Assembly (NCBI GenBank): GCA_028822585.1 | Contig: JAPKDL010000008.1 | Span: 1,256-65,255 of the forward strand | Direction: 5' to 3' | Origin: Alphaproteobacteria bacterium | GTDB lineage: Bacteria; Pseudomonadota; Alphaproteobacteria; UBA8366; GCA-2717185 | DNA: 64,000 bases | In this document: positions 16,866 through 25,026 of the stretch, piece by piece | Numbering within the stretch: position 1 is the stretch's first letter | How the letters are laid out: each line of letters begins with the position of its first letter | Position numbers and translations under genes: made by a program | The notes under the pieces: model-generated | Told to the model about the DNA's origin: nothing | Seen by the model: only the letters and a program-made list of their open reading frames with translations | Databases searched by the model: none

Positions 16866-19136
16866 CTATTGGGCGTCGGAAATGCCTTTAAGGACAACGG
16901 GTGGCGACATCGGCAACTGGGTAAAACGGACAGACGTGGCACTGTCAATGGCGTTGGCGATGGCGGCCATTGGCGGGATAATCGGCGTTTCGCCTACACC
17001 GCGCACTCCATAAGGATGGGTTGGGTTTGGCACTTCAACGATAATAGCGTCGATCATCGGCAAATCTGACGCCACGGGAATGCGGTAATCAAGAAAGCCT
17101 GCATTTTCCAACTGGCCTTTGGCGTTATAAATATACTCCTCGTTTAACGCCCAGCCGACGCCTTGCACAGCACCGCCTTGAATTTGTCCTTCGACATAGG
17201 CGGGATGGATCGCTTTGCCCGCGTCTTGGGCTGCTGTGTAGCGCAGAACCTTGACGTGTCCGGTGTCTGGGTCGACTTCAACATCGACTAGATGGGTTCC
17301 AAAGCCTGGACCCGCGCCTTGTGCGTTGATTTCTGCATGGCCCGCGATGGGCCCTCCGGTTTTCCCCGCCACGATGGCGAGGTCACTTAGTGACATCGGT
17401 TCGAAATCGCCCGCATTGCTGCCTGCGGGACTGGCTTCGCCATCTTCCCATTCGACGGCGTCGACGGAAATATCCCAGATTTTAGCGGCGCGTTCGCGTA
17501 ATTCGTCCACCATGCTTCGGCATGCTTGCACCACGGCCATTCCGCTGGAGAATGTGGCGCGGCTCCCGCCGGTTAGGAAGGTGTACCCGATGGTGCTGGT
17601 GTCGCCAATGCGCGGGCGAACCTTGGACATATTGATGCCCAATTCTTCCGCCGCCATCATCGCCATGGACGCGCGGCTACCGCCAACGTCCGGGGTACCG
17701 ACAGTCAATTCGATGGTGCCATCCTCGTTCAGCAATAAGGAAGCGCTGGTTTCGCCACCAATATTGAACCAGAATCCGGACGCGACGCCCCGGCCTTGAT
17801 TGGGGCCCAACGGCATTTTGTAATGTTCAGTGTCCTTGACTGCGTTCAATGTTTCGATCAATCCAACAGGCCCGAACTTGGGACCATAGGCGGCGCGGGT
17901 GCCTTCTTTTGCGGCATTTTTCAGGCGTAATTCTACGGGGTCGATGTTCAATTTTTTGGCCAGTTCGTCGACCAGGGATTCGACTGCGTATTCGGATATC
18001 GGCGCGCCCGGAGCCCGGTAAGCTGCGACCTTGGGGCGGTTGGTGACGACGTCATAACCAATGACTTTGACATGTTCTAAATCATACGGGGCAAAGGCGC
18101 ACATGCAGCCCGGCTGTACTGGGGAGCCCGCATAGGCGCCCGCTTGAAATTTCAAAACGGCGGAGCCAGCGGTGATTGTGCCGTCGTTCTTTGCGCCAAT
18201 CTTAATGACCATGTTCGCGCCGGATGTTGGGCCCGTCGCGCGGAACAGATCAGTTCGCGGCATGACCATGTGGACCGGTTGGCAGGCGATGCGCGACAAC
18301 GCTAGCGCCAACGGTTCCAAATAAACAACCGTCTTGCCGCCAAAGCCGCCTCCTATTTCCGAGGAGGTGACGCGGATTTTGGAAATATCCATGCCCAGCA
18401 AACGGGCGCAATGGGCTCGCGCCACAAATTGCCCCTGTGTCGAACACCAAAGTTCCGCATAGCCGTCTTCGGAGACGCTGGCGGCGCAAGCATGCAATTC
18501 AATGTAGCCTTGATGAACGGGTTGGGTGTTGAATTCCCGCTCCAAAATGACATCAGCCTGTGCGAAGCCTTCGTCTATATCACCGATCTTGATTTCAATT
18601 CGCTTGGCGATATTGGAGGGTGTGTCGGGTTTAGGGTCCACGCCATCGGTGAATAATTTATCATGTAGGATGGGGGCGCTGGGCTCCATTGCTTCGACGA
18701 CATCGATGACGTGTGGCAAGACTTCGTAATCAACTTCGATGAGTGAGATGGCTTTTTCCGCAATGGTGGCACTGGTCGCGGCGACGGCGGCGAGCGCATG
18801 TCCGTCGTAAAGAACTTTGTCGCGTGCCATGAGGTTTTCGGACATGTCCTTGTAGTTCACCATCATTTCGCCTGCCGGAATGAATTCCGAAGACAATGCC
18901 GGGAAGTCCGCACTGGTGACGATAGCCTTCACACCCTGCAGTGCAGCGGCTTTCGAGGTGTCGATGGATTTGATTTTTGCGTGGGCGTGGGGGCTGCGCA
19001 ACACCGCGCCCGTCAACATGCCGGCTTTAAAGGTGTCGGCGCCAAATTTTGCGCGCCCTGTGACTTTGTCCACGCCATCGGGGCGAATTGGACGTGTGCC
19101 AACCCATTTCAATTCTTTTCCGTTGCCCTTGGACAT
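16866..19136 (-). CDS. Xanthine dehydrogenase/aldehyde oxidase-family molybdopterin-binding large subunit
   Basis: 756 aa. N-terminus WVGTRPIRPDGVDKVTGRAKF with a SPHAHAKI motif and the loop AAYRAPGAP. Confidence 0.9.
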   Translation of the reverse strand: MSKGNGKELKWVGTRPIRPDGVDKVTGRAKFGADTFKAGMLTGAVLRSPHAHAKIKSIDTSKAAALQGVKAIVTSADFPALSSEFIPAGEMMVNYKDMSENLMARDKVLYDGHALAAVAATSATIAEKAISLIEVDYEVLPHVIDVVEAMEPSAPILHDKLFTDGVDPKPDTPSNIAKRIEIKIGDIDEGFAQADVILEREFNTQPVHQGYIELHACAASVSEDGYAELWCSTQGQFVARAHCARLLGMDISKIRVTSSEIGGGFGGKTVVYLEPLALALSRIACQPVHMVMPRTDLFRATGPTSGANMVIKIGAKNDGTITAGSAVLKFQAGAYAGSPVQPGCMCAFAPYDLEHVKVIGYDVVTNRPKVAAYRAPGAPISEYAVESLVDELAKKLNIDPVELRLKNAAKEGTRAAYGPKFGPVGLIETLNAVKDTEHYKMPLGPNQGRGVASGFWFNIGGETSASLLLNEDGTIELTVGTPDVGGSRASMAMMAAEELGINMSKVRPRIGDTSTIGYTFLTGGSRATFSSGMAVVQACRSMVDELRERAAKIWDISVDAVEWEDGEASPAGSNAGDFEPMSLSDLAIVAGKTGGPIAGHAEINAQGAGPGFGTHLVDVEVDPDTGHVKVLRYTAAQDAGKAIHPAYVEGQIQGGAVQGVGWALNEEYIYNAKGQLENAGFLDYRIPVASDLPMIDAIIVEVPNPTHPYGVRGVGETPIIPPMAAIANAIDSATSVRFTQLPMSPPVVLKGISDAQ

Positions 19137-19242
19137 CGATTACTCTCCTTGTTCAAATCTGTGTTTAACCGTTGTAGCATTGTTTGAAACTTTACCTGCA
19201 CAATGCCTTAGATCGAAGTCTTTCTCAAGCATCGAAAACGGC

Positions 19243-19965
19243 TTAGTCATCAAAAGAAGGGCCCATTGTGGGCCCCGCATTGGGGTCAGGGATTGCAAAA
19301 CGGTTATTCAAGACAGCGTCGCCGACAAACGGGTTGTCCTCCCGTTCCTGACCAAACGTGGATAAACGTCCGTGGCCCGGTAGAAAAATAACCTCGTCTC
19401 CCAGCGGCCAAAGCTGTTCCTGAATCGACTTCACCAGCGTGTCGTGGTCGCCGCGCTCCAAATCGCTGCGTCCGACGGAACCGCGAAAGATAACGTCACC
19501 GACAATCGCCAGTTGGGAGTCTTCGTGGAAGAAAATCACGTGGCCCGGCGTGTGCCCGGGACAATGCCGAACGTCCAGGGTCAAATCGCCCACTGTGACC
19601 GTGTCATTACCTTCCAGCCAGCGGTCGGGTGTGAAGGATTTAGTGGCGGGAAAGCCAGGTTTTTCCTCGACTGTATCCAGTTTGTCGATCCAGAATTTAT
19701 CGTCGATATGCGGGCCTTCGACCGGTATGCCCAACTCTTCCGCTAAAGCCGCCGTGCCCCCTGCATGGTCGCGATGCCCATGGGTGATAAGGATTTTCTC
19801 AATCGTTATCTGTTTTTCCATGGCAACCTGCATAATTCGGTCCAGATTGCCGCCAGGGTCGACGATTGCGCCCTTCATGGTCTTGGTGCACCAGATGATC
19901 GAGCAGTTCTGTTGATACGGGGTGACCGGAACAATGGCGGTTTGCATCGGTGGTTGTTTCAACAT
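19243..19965 (-). CDS. MBL-fold metallo-hydrolase (glyoxalase-II-like)
   Basis: Metal motif ITHGHRDHAGG, with later HCPGHTPGH and LPGHG. Confidence 0.85.
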   Translation of the reverse strand: MLKQPPMQTAIVPVTPYQQNCSIIWCTKTMKGAIVDPGGNLDRIMQVAMEKQITIEKILITHGHRDHAGGTAALAEELGIPVEGPHIDDKFWIDKLDTVEEKPGFPATKSFTPDRWLEGNDTVTVGDLTLDVRHCPGHTPGHVIFFHEDSQLAIVGDVIFRGSVGRSDLERGDHDTLVKSIQEQLWPLGDEVIFLPGHGRLSTFGQEREDNPFVGDAVLNNRFAIPDPNAGPTMGPSFDD

Positions 19966-20006
19966 GGCGCGGCGTCCTTTATTCTAAGTCTGGATTTCGT
20001 GAATGC

Positions 20007-20858
20007 TCAGGTGGCGGGACGTATGTCACCCTGGACTTGGGTGCGGTGCATCAATCGTCGTTCGGCGTCGTCAAAGCCGTCCCGCCGGTGCATGGTGCAA
20101 CGATTATCCCATAGAACCAAGTCGCCAACAGCCCATTTCTGCGCCCAGGAGTGGGGGCTTGCGTTTGCATGATCCCAAATTTCGTCGAGTAAAACGTCGC
20201 TGTCGGCTGCTGACATGCCAACGATGTAAGCGTTCCGTCGGCGGCCAAGATATAGCGCCTGACGGCTAGTTTCTGGATGTCGCACAATCAAGGGGTGGTC
20301 TTCGCCTGGTTGTTCTTCTGGCGAATATTGTTCGGCGAATCCAGTTCGCAGACTACCAGAACTGGTGCGCGTCGAATCATGTTTGCAGCGCAACCCGACG
20401 ATACGTGTTTTCATGGCCTCAGGCAGATCCTCATAAACCCGATACATATTGCAAAACCAAGTGTCGCCACCGGTATTGGGGATTTCCATGCCATAGAGTA
20501 GGGACGCTTTCGGCGGCATGTCGACATAGGTCATGTCCGAATGCCAAACAGCTTCGCTATTACCTAGGCCGCCTATCGCTTTGCCATCCTCAATTATATT
20601 GGAAATGATAGTAATTTCGGGACGGTCGGGAATGGGGTAGTCGCCGCCCCGCCCGATCGGTGCGTTGTCCAGCTTACCGAACCTGCGACTGAACGCCGCC
20701 AGTGAGGTGTCGTCGAGGGTCTGTCCGCGAAACCGCAACACCAGATGTTCCAGCCAGGCGGCGTGAATTTCGTCAAACGCGCTTTGGTCTAAGTTCGCCA
20801 TATCCACATTTGAAATCGTTGCGCCCAAACTTTCGCCTGTGGGTTCGATCTTAATCAT
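20007..20858 (-). CDS. TauD/TfdA-family Fe(II)/2-oxoglutarate dioxygenase
   Basis: WHSDMTY (HxD) motif and C-terminal WDNRCTMHRR. AGGAGG lies 4 nt upstream of ATG 20858; the track start is 20903. Confidence 0.85.
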   Translation of the reverse strand: MIKIEPTGESLGATISNVDMANLDQSAFDEIHAAWLEHLVLRFRGQTLDDTSLAAFSRRFGKLDNAPIGRGGDYPIPDRPEITIISNIIEDGKAIGGLGNSEAVWHSDMTYVDMPPKASLLYGMEIPNTGGDTWFCNMYRVYEDLPEAMKTRIVGLRCKHDSTRTSSGSLRTGFAEQYSPEEQPGEDHPLIVRHPETSRQALYLGRRRNAYIVGMSAADSDVLLDEIWDHANASPHSWAQKWAVGDLVLWDNRCTMHRRDGFDDAERRLMHRTQVQGDIRPAT

Positions 20859-20914
20859 GAAGCCTCCTGTCCCTTGATTATTTTCAAAAACATCGTAGCG
20901 CAATTTTTTAGTGG

Positions 20915-20936
20915 GGAAAATGCCAGAAAATTTTCC
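20915..20936. promoter_or_regulatory. Inverted repeat GGAAAAT-N8-ATTTTCC in a divergent intergenic region
   Basis: Read directly between the TauD operon start (minus) and the HPF-like gene (plus). Candidate operator; no cognate regulator was seen. Confidence 0.25.
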
Positions 20937-21031
20937 TGTTTGTTGGATAGTTGATCTGCCTCAAGGCGTGTAAATCGTTGTGATGTAAGCTGATGGCGTG
21001 TTCAGATCAAACGAATGAGAGGTGCAGCATC

Positions 21032-21353
21032 ATGGTTCTGTTGCAAATTATATTTGCAGGTATGGAAACGTCGGGTGCTGTTCGTGCAAGAGTCAAAGAA
21101 GGGGCGGAAAAAGTGGAGCGATCCCATGGCCGTATTGCATCCTGCCAAGTTGTGGAGAAGGTGCCCAATCATCACGGCGGATTGTTAGAGACGCGAATAC
21201 ACATGACGATGCCAGGTGATTTGGAGGTGAATATTGGGCGTCATCATGACTAAGGATCATTTGTACGAAGATGTTTATATCGCGATCTGTGACGCATTCT
21301 CTGCCGCGCGGCGGCAATTGGAGGACAGGGCCGAAAGCTCGAAGGATTCGTGA
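21032..21353 (+). pseudogene. HPF/RaiA-family ribosome-associated factor, split by a 1-nt frameshift into 73-aa and 35-aa ORFs
   Basis: The first ORF (21032-21253) matches the HPF N-terminal two-thirds. A +1-frame ORF (21246-21353, MTKDHLYEDVYIAICDAFSAARRQLED...) matches the conserved HPF C-terminal helix (compare E. coli DMYAAIDGLIDKLARQL). The junction reads CAT CAT GAC TAA GG. Confidence 0.65.
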
Positions 21354-21485
21354 AACTTCATAAATCTTAGAGCCTGACCGTGGAATTCATATTATCGCAC
21401 GAACGCCGAATTCTCGAAATTGCTCTTCCCCGACGCCAGGGGTAAGGTTGCCTCGGTTTTAGTCATTAACGTACAGGGGACGGTC

Positions 21486-22841
21486 ATGGACGAAAATCCA
21501 ACATCACTGCGGGTTGAGGATCCGGGTATCCGGGAATTGTTTACATTGGATTCGCGCTGGCAGGCGTGGCTGGACGTAGAAGCCGCCCTGGCGATTGCAG
21601 AAGCTGATCTCGGCATGGTGCCCGACGCGGCGGCGAAGGAAATCGTCACGAAATGCAAGTTGGAGCTTCTGAATCGCGAGAATGTCATCGAAGGGTTGCG
21701 TCGCACGGCACATCCGTTGGTGCCGTTAGTGTGGGAATTATCGCGGATATGCGAAGGCGATGCAGGGAATTACGTCCATTGGGGCGCCACCACGCAGAAT
21801 ATCACCCAGACCGGCAATATAATCGTCTTACGCCATGCGCATCGAATTTTCCTGCGTCAGATCGCGGCAATCTTAACCGCAATGGCCGATTTGGCTGAAC
21901 GCGGCGCTGACATGGCAATGCCGGGGCGCACCCATGGCCAACATGCGGTCCCTGCGACGTTTGGATACAAGGTCGCGGTGTGGATTGCTGAGTTGTCCAA
22001 TCATGTGGACCGGTTGCGCGAGATAGAACCCCGCATCTTTACGGTCTTGCTGGGGGGCGCGGCGGGTACGATGGCGTCCTTTGATGGCAAGGGCTATGCG
22101 TTACAGGATGGCGTTGCGAAAATTCTTGGCATGACGTCCATGCGGATGCCGTCTCGGGCCACGGGCGACCACCAGGCGGAGTATGTTTGCCTGCTTGGGT
22201 TGATGGCGGCGACGTGCAGTAAGGTCGGGCGCGAAATTTACACCATGATGAAACAGGAATTCGGTGAAGTTGAAGAACCCGTGCCGCCGGGGACGGTGGG
22301 CAGCAGCACCATGCCGCAAAAGCGTAATCCGAAACTGTCGCAGGATATTGTCGCTGCGGCGATGCAAGTGCGCGCGTTGGTGCCTCTGGCGCTTGAATCG
22401 ATGCAGACCGAACACGAAGCGGATCGCACGACCTCCATTACTCATAACCACGCCTTGCAGGAAGGCAGTGCACAGATGGGTGATATTCTGTCGCGTATGA
22501 CGATGATGTTGGAAGGCCTGACGTTGAACCCGGAACGAATGCGCCGCAACCTCGAGCTGTCGGATGGCATGATCATGGCCGAAGCCCTTATGTTGTCGTT
22601 GGGGGAAACCATTGGGCGCCAGGAAGCGCATGACGTTATCTATGATGCAGCCCAAGCGGCGGCGACCGGGGACAAATCTTTCACCGAGCTGTTGGAGGCC
22701 GATGAGCTTGTTCTGAAGCATCTGAATTCGGCGCAAATTCGCGAATTGCTGGACCCCACAGCCTATACTGGTGAATGTGCCAACATGGCCCGTGAACAGG
22801 CGAAGCACGCACGTAGTGTCGCGGCCAGCATAAACTCATAA
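21486..22841 (+). CDS. Fumarate-lyase superfamily enzyme (3-carboxy-cis,cis-muconate cycloisomerase / adenylosuccinate lyase-like)
   Basis: Signature GSSTMPQKRNP, plus TQNITQTG and PGRTHGQHA motifs. GGGGA lies 5 nt upstream of ATG 21486. Confidence 0.85.
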   Translation: MDENPTSLRVEDPGIRELFTLDSRWQAWLDVEAALAIAEADLGMVPDAAAKEIVTKCKLELLNRENVIEGLRRTAHPLVPLVWELSRICEGDAGNYVHWGATTQNITQTGNIIVLRHAHRIFLRQIAAILTAMADLAERGADMAMPGRTHGQHAVPATFGYKVAVWIAELSNHVDRLREIEPRIFTVLLGGAAGTMASFDGKGYALQDGVAKILGMTSMRMPSRATGDHQAEYVCLLGLMAATCSKVGREIYTMMKQEFGEVEEPVPPGTVGSSTMPQKRNPKLSQDIVAAAMQVRALVPLALESMQTEHEADRTTSITHNHALQEGSAQMGDILSRMTMMLEGLTLNPERMRRNLELSDGMIMAEALMLSLGETIGRQEAHDVIYDAAQAAATGDKSFTELLEADELVLKHLNSAQIRELLDPTAYTGECANMAREQAKHARSVAASINS

Positions 22842-22850
22842 GGATCCAGT

Positions 22851-24047
22851 ATGAAAAGACCCATGGAGGGCGTGCGCGTCCTCGATATAGCTACTTATAT
22901 CGCAGCACCTTATTGCGCGACAGTATTGGCGGAATTCGGCGCTGAAGTGATCAAGGTCGAACAGCCCGGCGTCGGCGACCCCTGTCGGCGCCTTGGCACG
23001 GTGAGCGAGTGCGGCGACACGCTCGTTTGGATGAGCGAGGCGCGCAACAAGAAGTCGATCACGTTGAATTTGAAAGACCCGCGCGGTCAGGAAATGTTGA
23101 AGAAGCTGATCGCGGAAAGCGATGTGCTGTGCGAAAATTTCCGGCCTGGTACCCTGGAAGGCTGGGGCATGGGGTGGGAGGTGTTCAAAGCGATAAATCC
23201 TAAACTCGTCATGCTACGCGTGTCCGGTTACGGCCAAACCGGACCTTATAAAGACAAGCCCGGCTTTGGGCGCATAGGCAACGCTTATGGCGGCATTTCG
23301 TTTCTGTCCGGCGACCCGGATCGTCCGCCCGCCACGCCGGGATCGGCCACTTTGGCGGACTATATGTCTGGCATGTACGGCGTTATTGGCGTCTTGATGG
23401 CGTTGCGCTCGGCGGACGCCACGGGTGTGGGTCAGGTCATCGATATTGGCTTGTATGAGCCAATTTTCCGTATTCTCGATGAATTGGCGCCAGCTTATGA
23501 CAAGAGTGGATTCATCCGCCAACGCATGGGCGCGCCAACGGTGAATGTTTGCCCGCACAGCCATTACCCCACCAAAGACGACCGCTGGGTCGCCATCGCG
23601 TGCACCAACGATAAAATTTTTGGGCGCCTGGCTGGTCTCATGGAGCAGGGTGACGTTGCGGGTGACGGTAAATACGGAACCATTCAACAACGCGATGCCG
23701 ACCGCTCTGGCGTTGATGGCATGGTGACTGACTGGACAATGGCGCGCACGCAGAAGGAAGTCGTCGCACAATGCGAAACCGCCGAAGTGCCTTGTGGCAT
23801 TGTCGCTGCCATCGATGAGCTGTTTAAGGAACCGCATTACGCGGCGCGGGAAAACATCGTGCGTGTGAAAGATCCGCGCATTGGCGACCTTGCGGTCCCC
23901 AATGTGGTGCCGCGCCTGACCGAAACGCCGGGGTCGGTGGATACGCTGGGGCCTGCGCTGGGCGCGGGTAACGATGAAATTTATCGCGACATGCTAGGCT
24001 TGGGGGACGACGATATGGCGGAACTGACGGCGGCGGGGGTTATCTAA
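22851..24047 (+). CDS. Family III CoA-transferase (CaiB/BaiF)
   Basis: GVRVLD...AAPYC...LAEFGAEVIKVE N-terminus and ENFRPG motif. Confidence 0.9.
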   Translation: MKRPMEGVRVLDIATYIAAPYCATVLAEFGAEVIKVEQPGVGDPCRRLGTVSECGDTLVWMSEARNKKSITLNLKDPRGQEMLKKLIAESDVLCENFRPGTLEGWGMGWEVFKAINPKLVMLRVSGYGQTGPYKDKPGFGRIGNAYGGISFLSGDPDRPPATPGSATLADYMSGMYGVIGVLMALRSADATGVGQVIDIGLYEPIFRILDELAPAYDKSGFIRQRMGAPTVNVCPHSHYPTKDDRWVAIACTNDKIFGRLAGLMEQGDVAGDGKYGTIQQRDADRSGVDGMVTDWTMARTQKEVVAQCETAEVPCGIVAAIDELFKEPHYAARENIVRVKDPRIGDLAVPNVVPRLTETPGSVDTLGPALGAGNDEIYRDMLGLGDDDMAELTAAGVI

Positions 24048-25024
24048 CCAAGCCCCTTACGCACCGCCTGCATCAGCAAATTGACGATTCCTTCGTGGAT
24101 GGCCATGGGCAACCCGTCAACCGTGGCTTCCAGTCGCCCGCTGGTGCCGTCGATCAGGCCGATGCCGGGCGACGCTTCAATGAGCGCGCGTTCCAAATCG
24201 GCTGTATGGGCGATGTCTGGTTTGTTCGTTAGGATCGCCAGGGCGGCGATGATGGCGTAACAGCCCCAATTCGACACGCCGACGGGATAGACGATGTCTG
24301 TCGCCAGATTGGCGCACAGTACGTCGCCGCCCGGCACGTGTTCGGCCACCGCGTTGCGAATGGCGCCGAAACCGATTTCGTTGCCGCCATCGCCGATGCC
24401 AATTGTAGGAATGCCCCGCGCCTGGGCTTCTTCGATAACATAATCGAGCTTCGCGCGGCCTTCGCTGTAATCCTGCGCGAGCATGTTGCGGTACGTGCCG
24501 TCCGCGCTCATGCCCGCGCGTTCGGTGGAAATTATCACCTTGGGATTATGACGTTCCACCAAAATTTTGGCGAGGGCTCGGGCTTCAGTATCGTCGATGG
24601 CACCGGCCTCGACCACCGCGACGCTGGTGTAACGTGGTGTCGCGACGGCAATGTCGGCCTGAGCCTGGGTCACGACATTTGGTCCTGCGCGTTCAACCAT
24701 CGCCGCTGTTTTATCGACGGTGGTTTCATCGACGAGCACGACCGGAATGGCGTTGAAGCCATAGGTTAGCGCGCGCGCCAAAACCGCCGCCCCGATGGGA
24801 CCGTCATTTTCGGCGATGCTGGTCGATACGCCCGCGCGTGACAGTGATCCGGTGACGATAAACACTCGGTCACCTGGAGCAAGCTCGGTGAGCGTGCGTG
24901 CGGCGGCCGCGCATATAGGTTCGGTCGTCATTGCGCGGGCAGGCGCGTACAGGCCGGTGATTCCTCGACCGCCAATATCCAATCCGACAATTCGGTCGAT
25001 AAGTTCGAACATGGTGTTGGACAT
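24044..25024 (-). CDS. DUF4392 / D-glutamate-cyclase-like domain protein
   Basis: Motifs ENDGPIGA, STERAG, IGDGGNEIGFG and GVSNWGCYA match my recollection of the DUF4392 family. The ATG is 2 nt after the TGA of the upstream CoxL-like gene. Confidence 0.65.
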   Translation of the reverse strand: MSNTMFELIDRIVGLDIGGRGITGLYAPARAMTTEPICAAAARTLTELAPGDRVFIVTGSLSRAGVSTSIAENDGPIGAAVLARALTYGFNAIPVVLVDETTVDKTAAMVERAGPNVVTQAQADIAVATPRYTSVAVVEAGAIDDTEARALAKILVERHNPKVIISTERAGMSADGTYRNMLAQDYSEGRAKLDYVIEEAQARGIPTIGIGDGGNEIGFGAIRNAVAEHVPGGDVLCANLATDIVYPVGVSNWGCYAIIAALAILTNKPDIAHTADLERALIEASPGIGLIDGTSGRLEATVDGLPMAIHEGIVNLLMQAVRKGLG

Positions 25025-25026
25025 GA

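Noticed and set aside
6038-19136. Link between the selenium-related genes and the nearby Mo-hydroxylases (the selenium-dependent molybdenum hydroxylase trait)
   Set aside because: The idea is attractive, but the marker genes of that trait as I remember it (selD, yqeB, yqeC) are absent from the window, and nothing in the hydroxylase sequences indicates a Se cofactor. It remains pure speculation.
21240-21256. Programmed +1 ribosomal frameshift (prfB-like) in the HPF-like gene
   Set aside because: An in-frame stop is present at the shift site. However, there is no slippery codon allowing P-site tRNA re-pairing (GAC to ACU) and no upstream internal SD at the proper spacing. Mutation or a sequencing indel is the more economical explanation.
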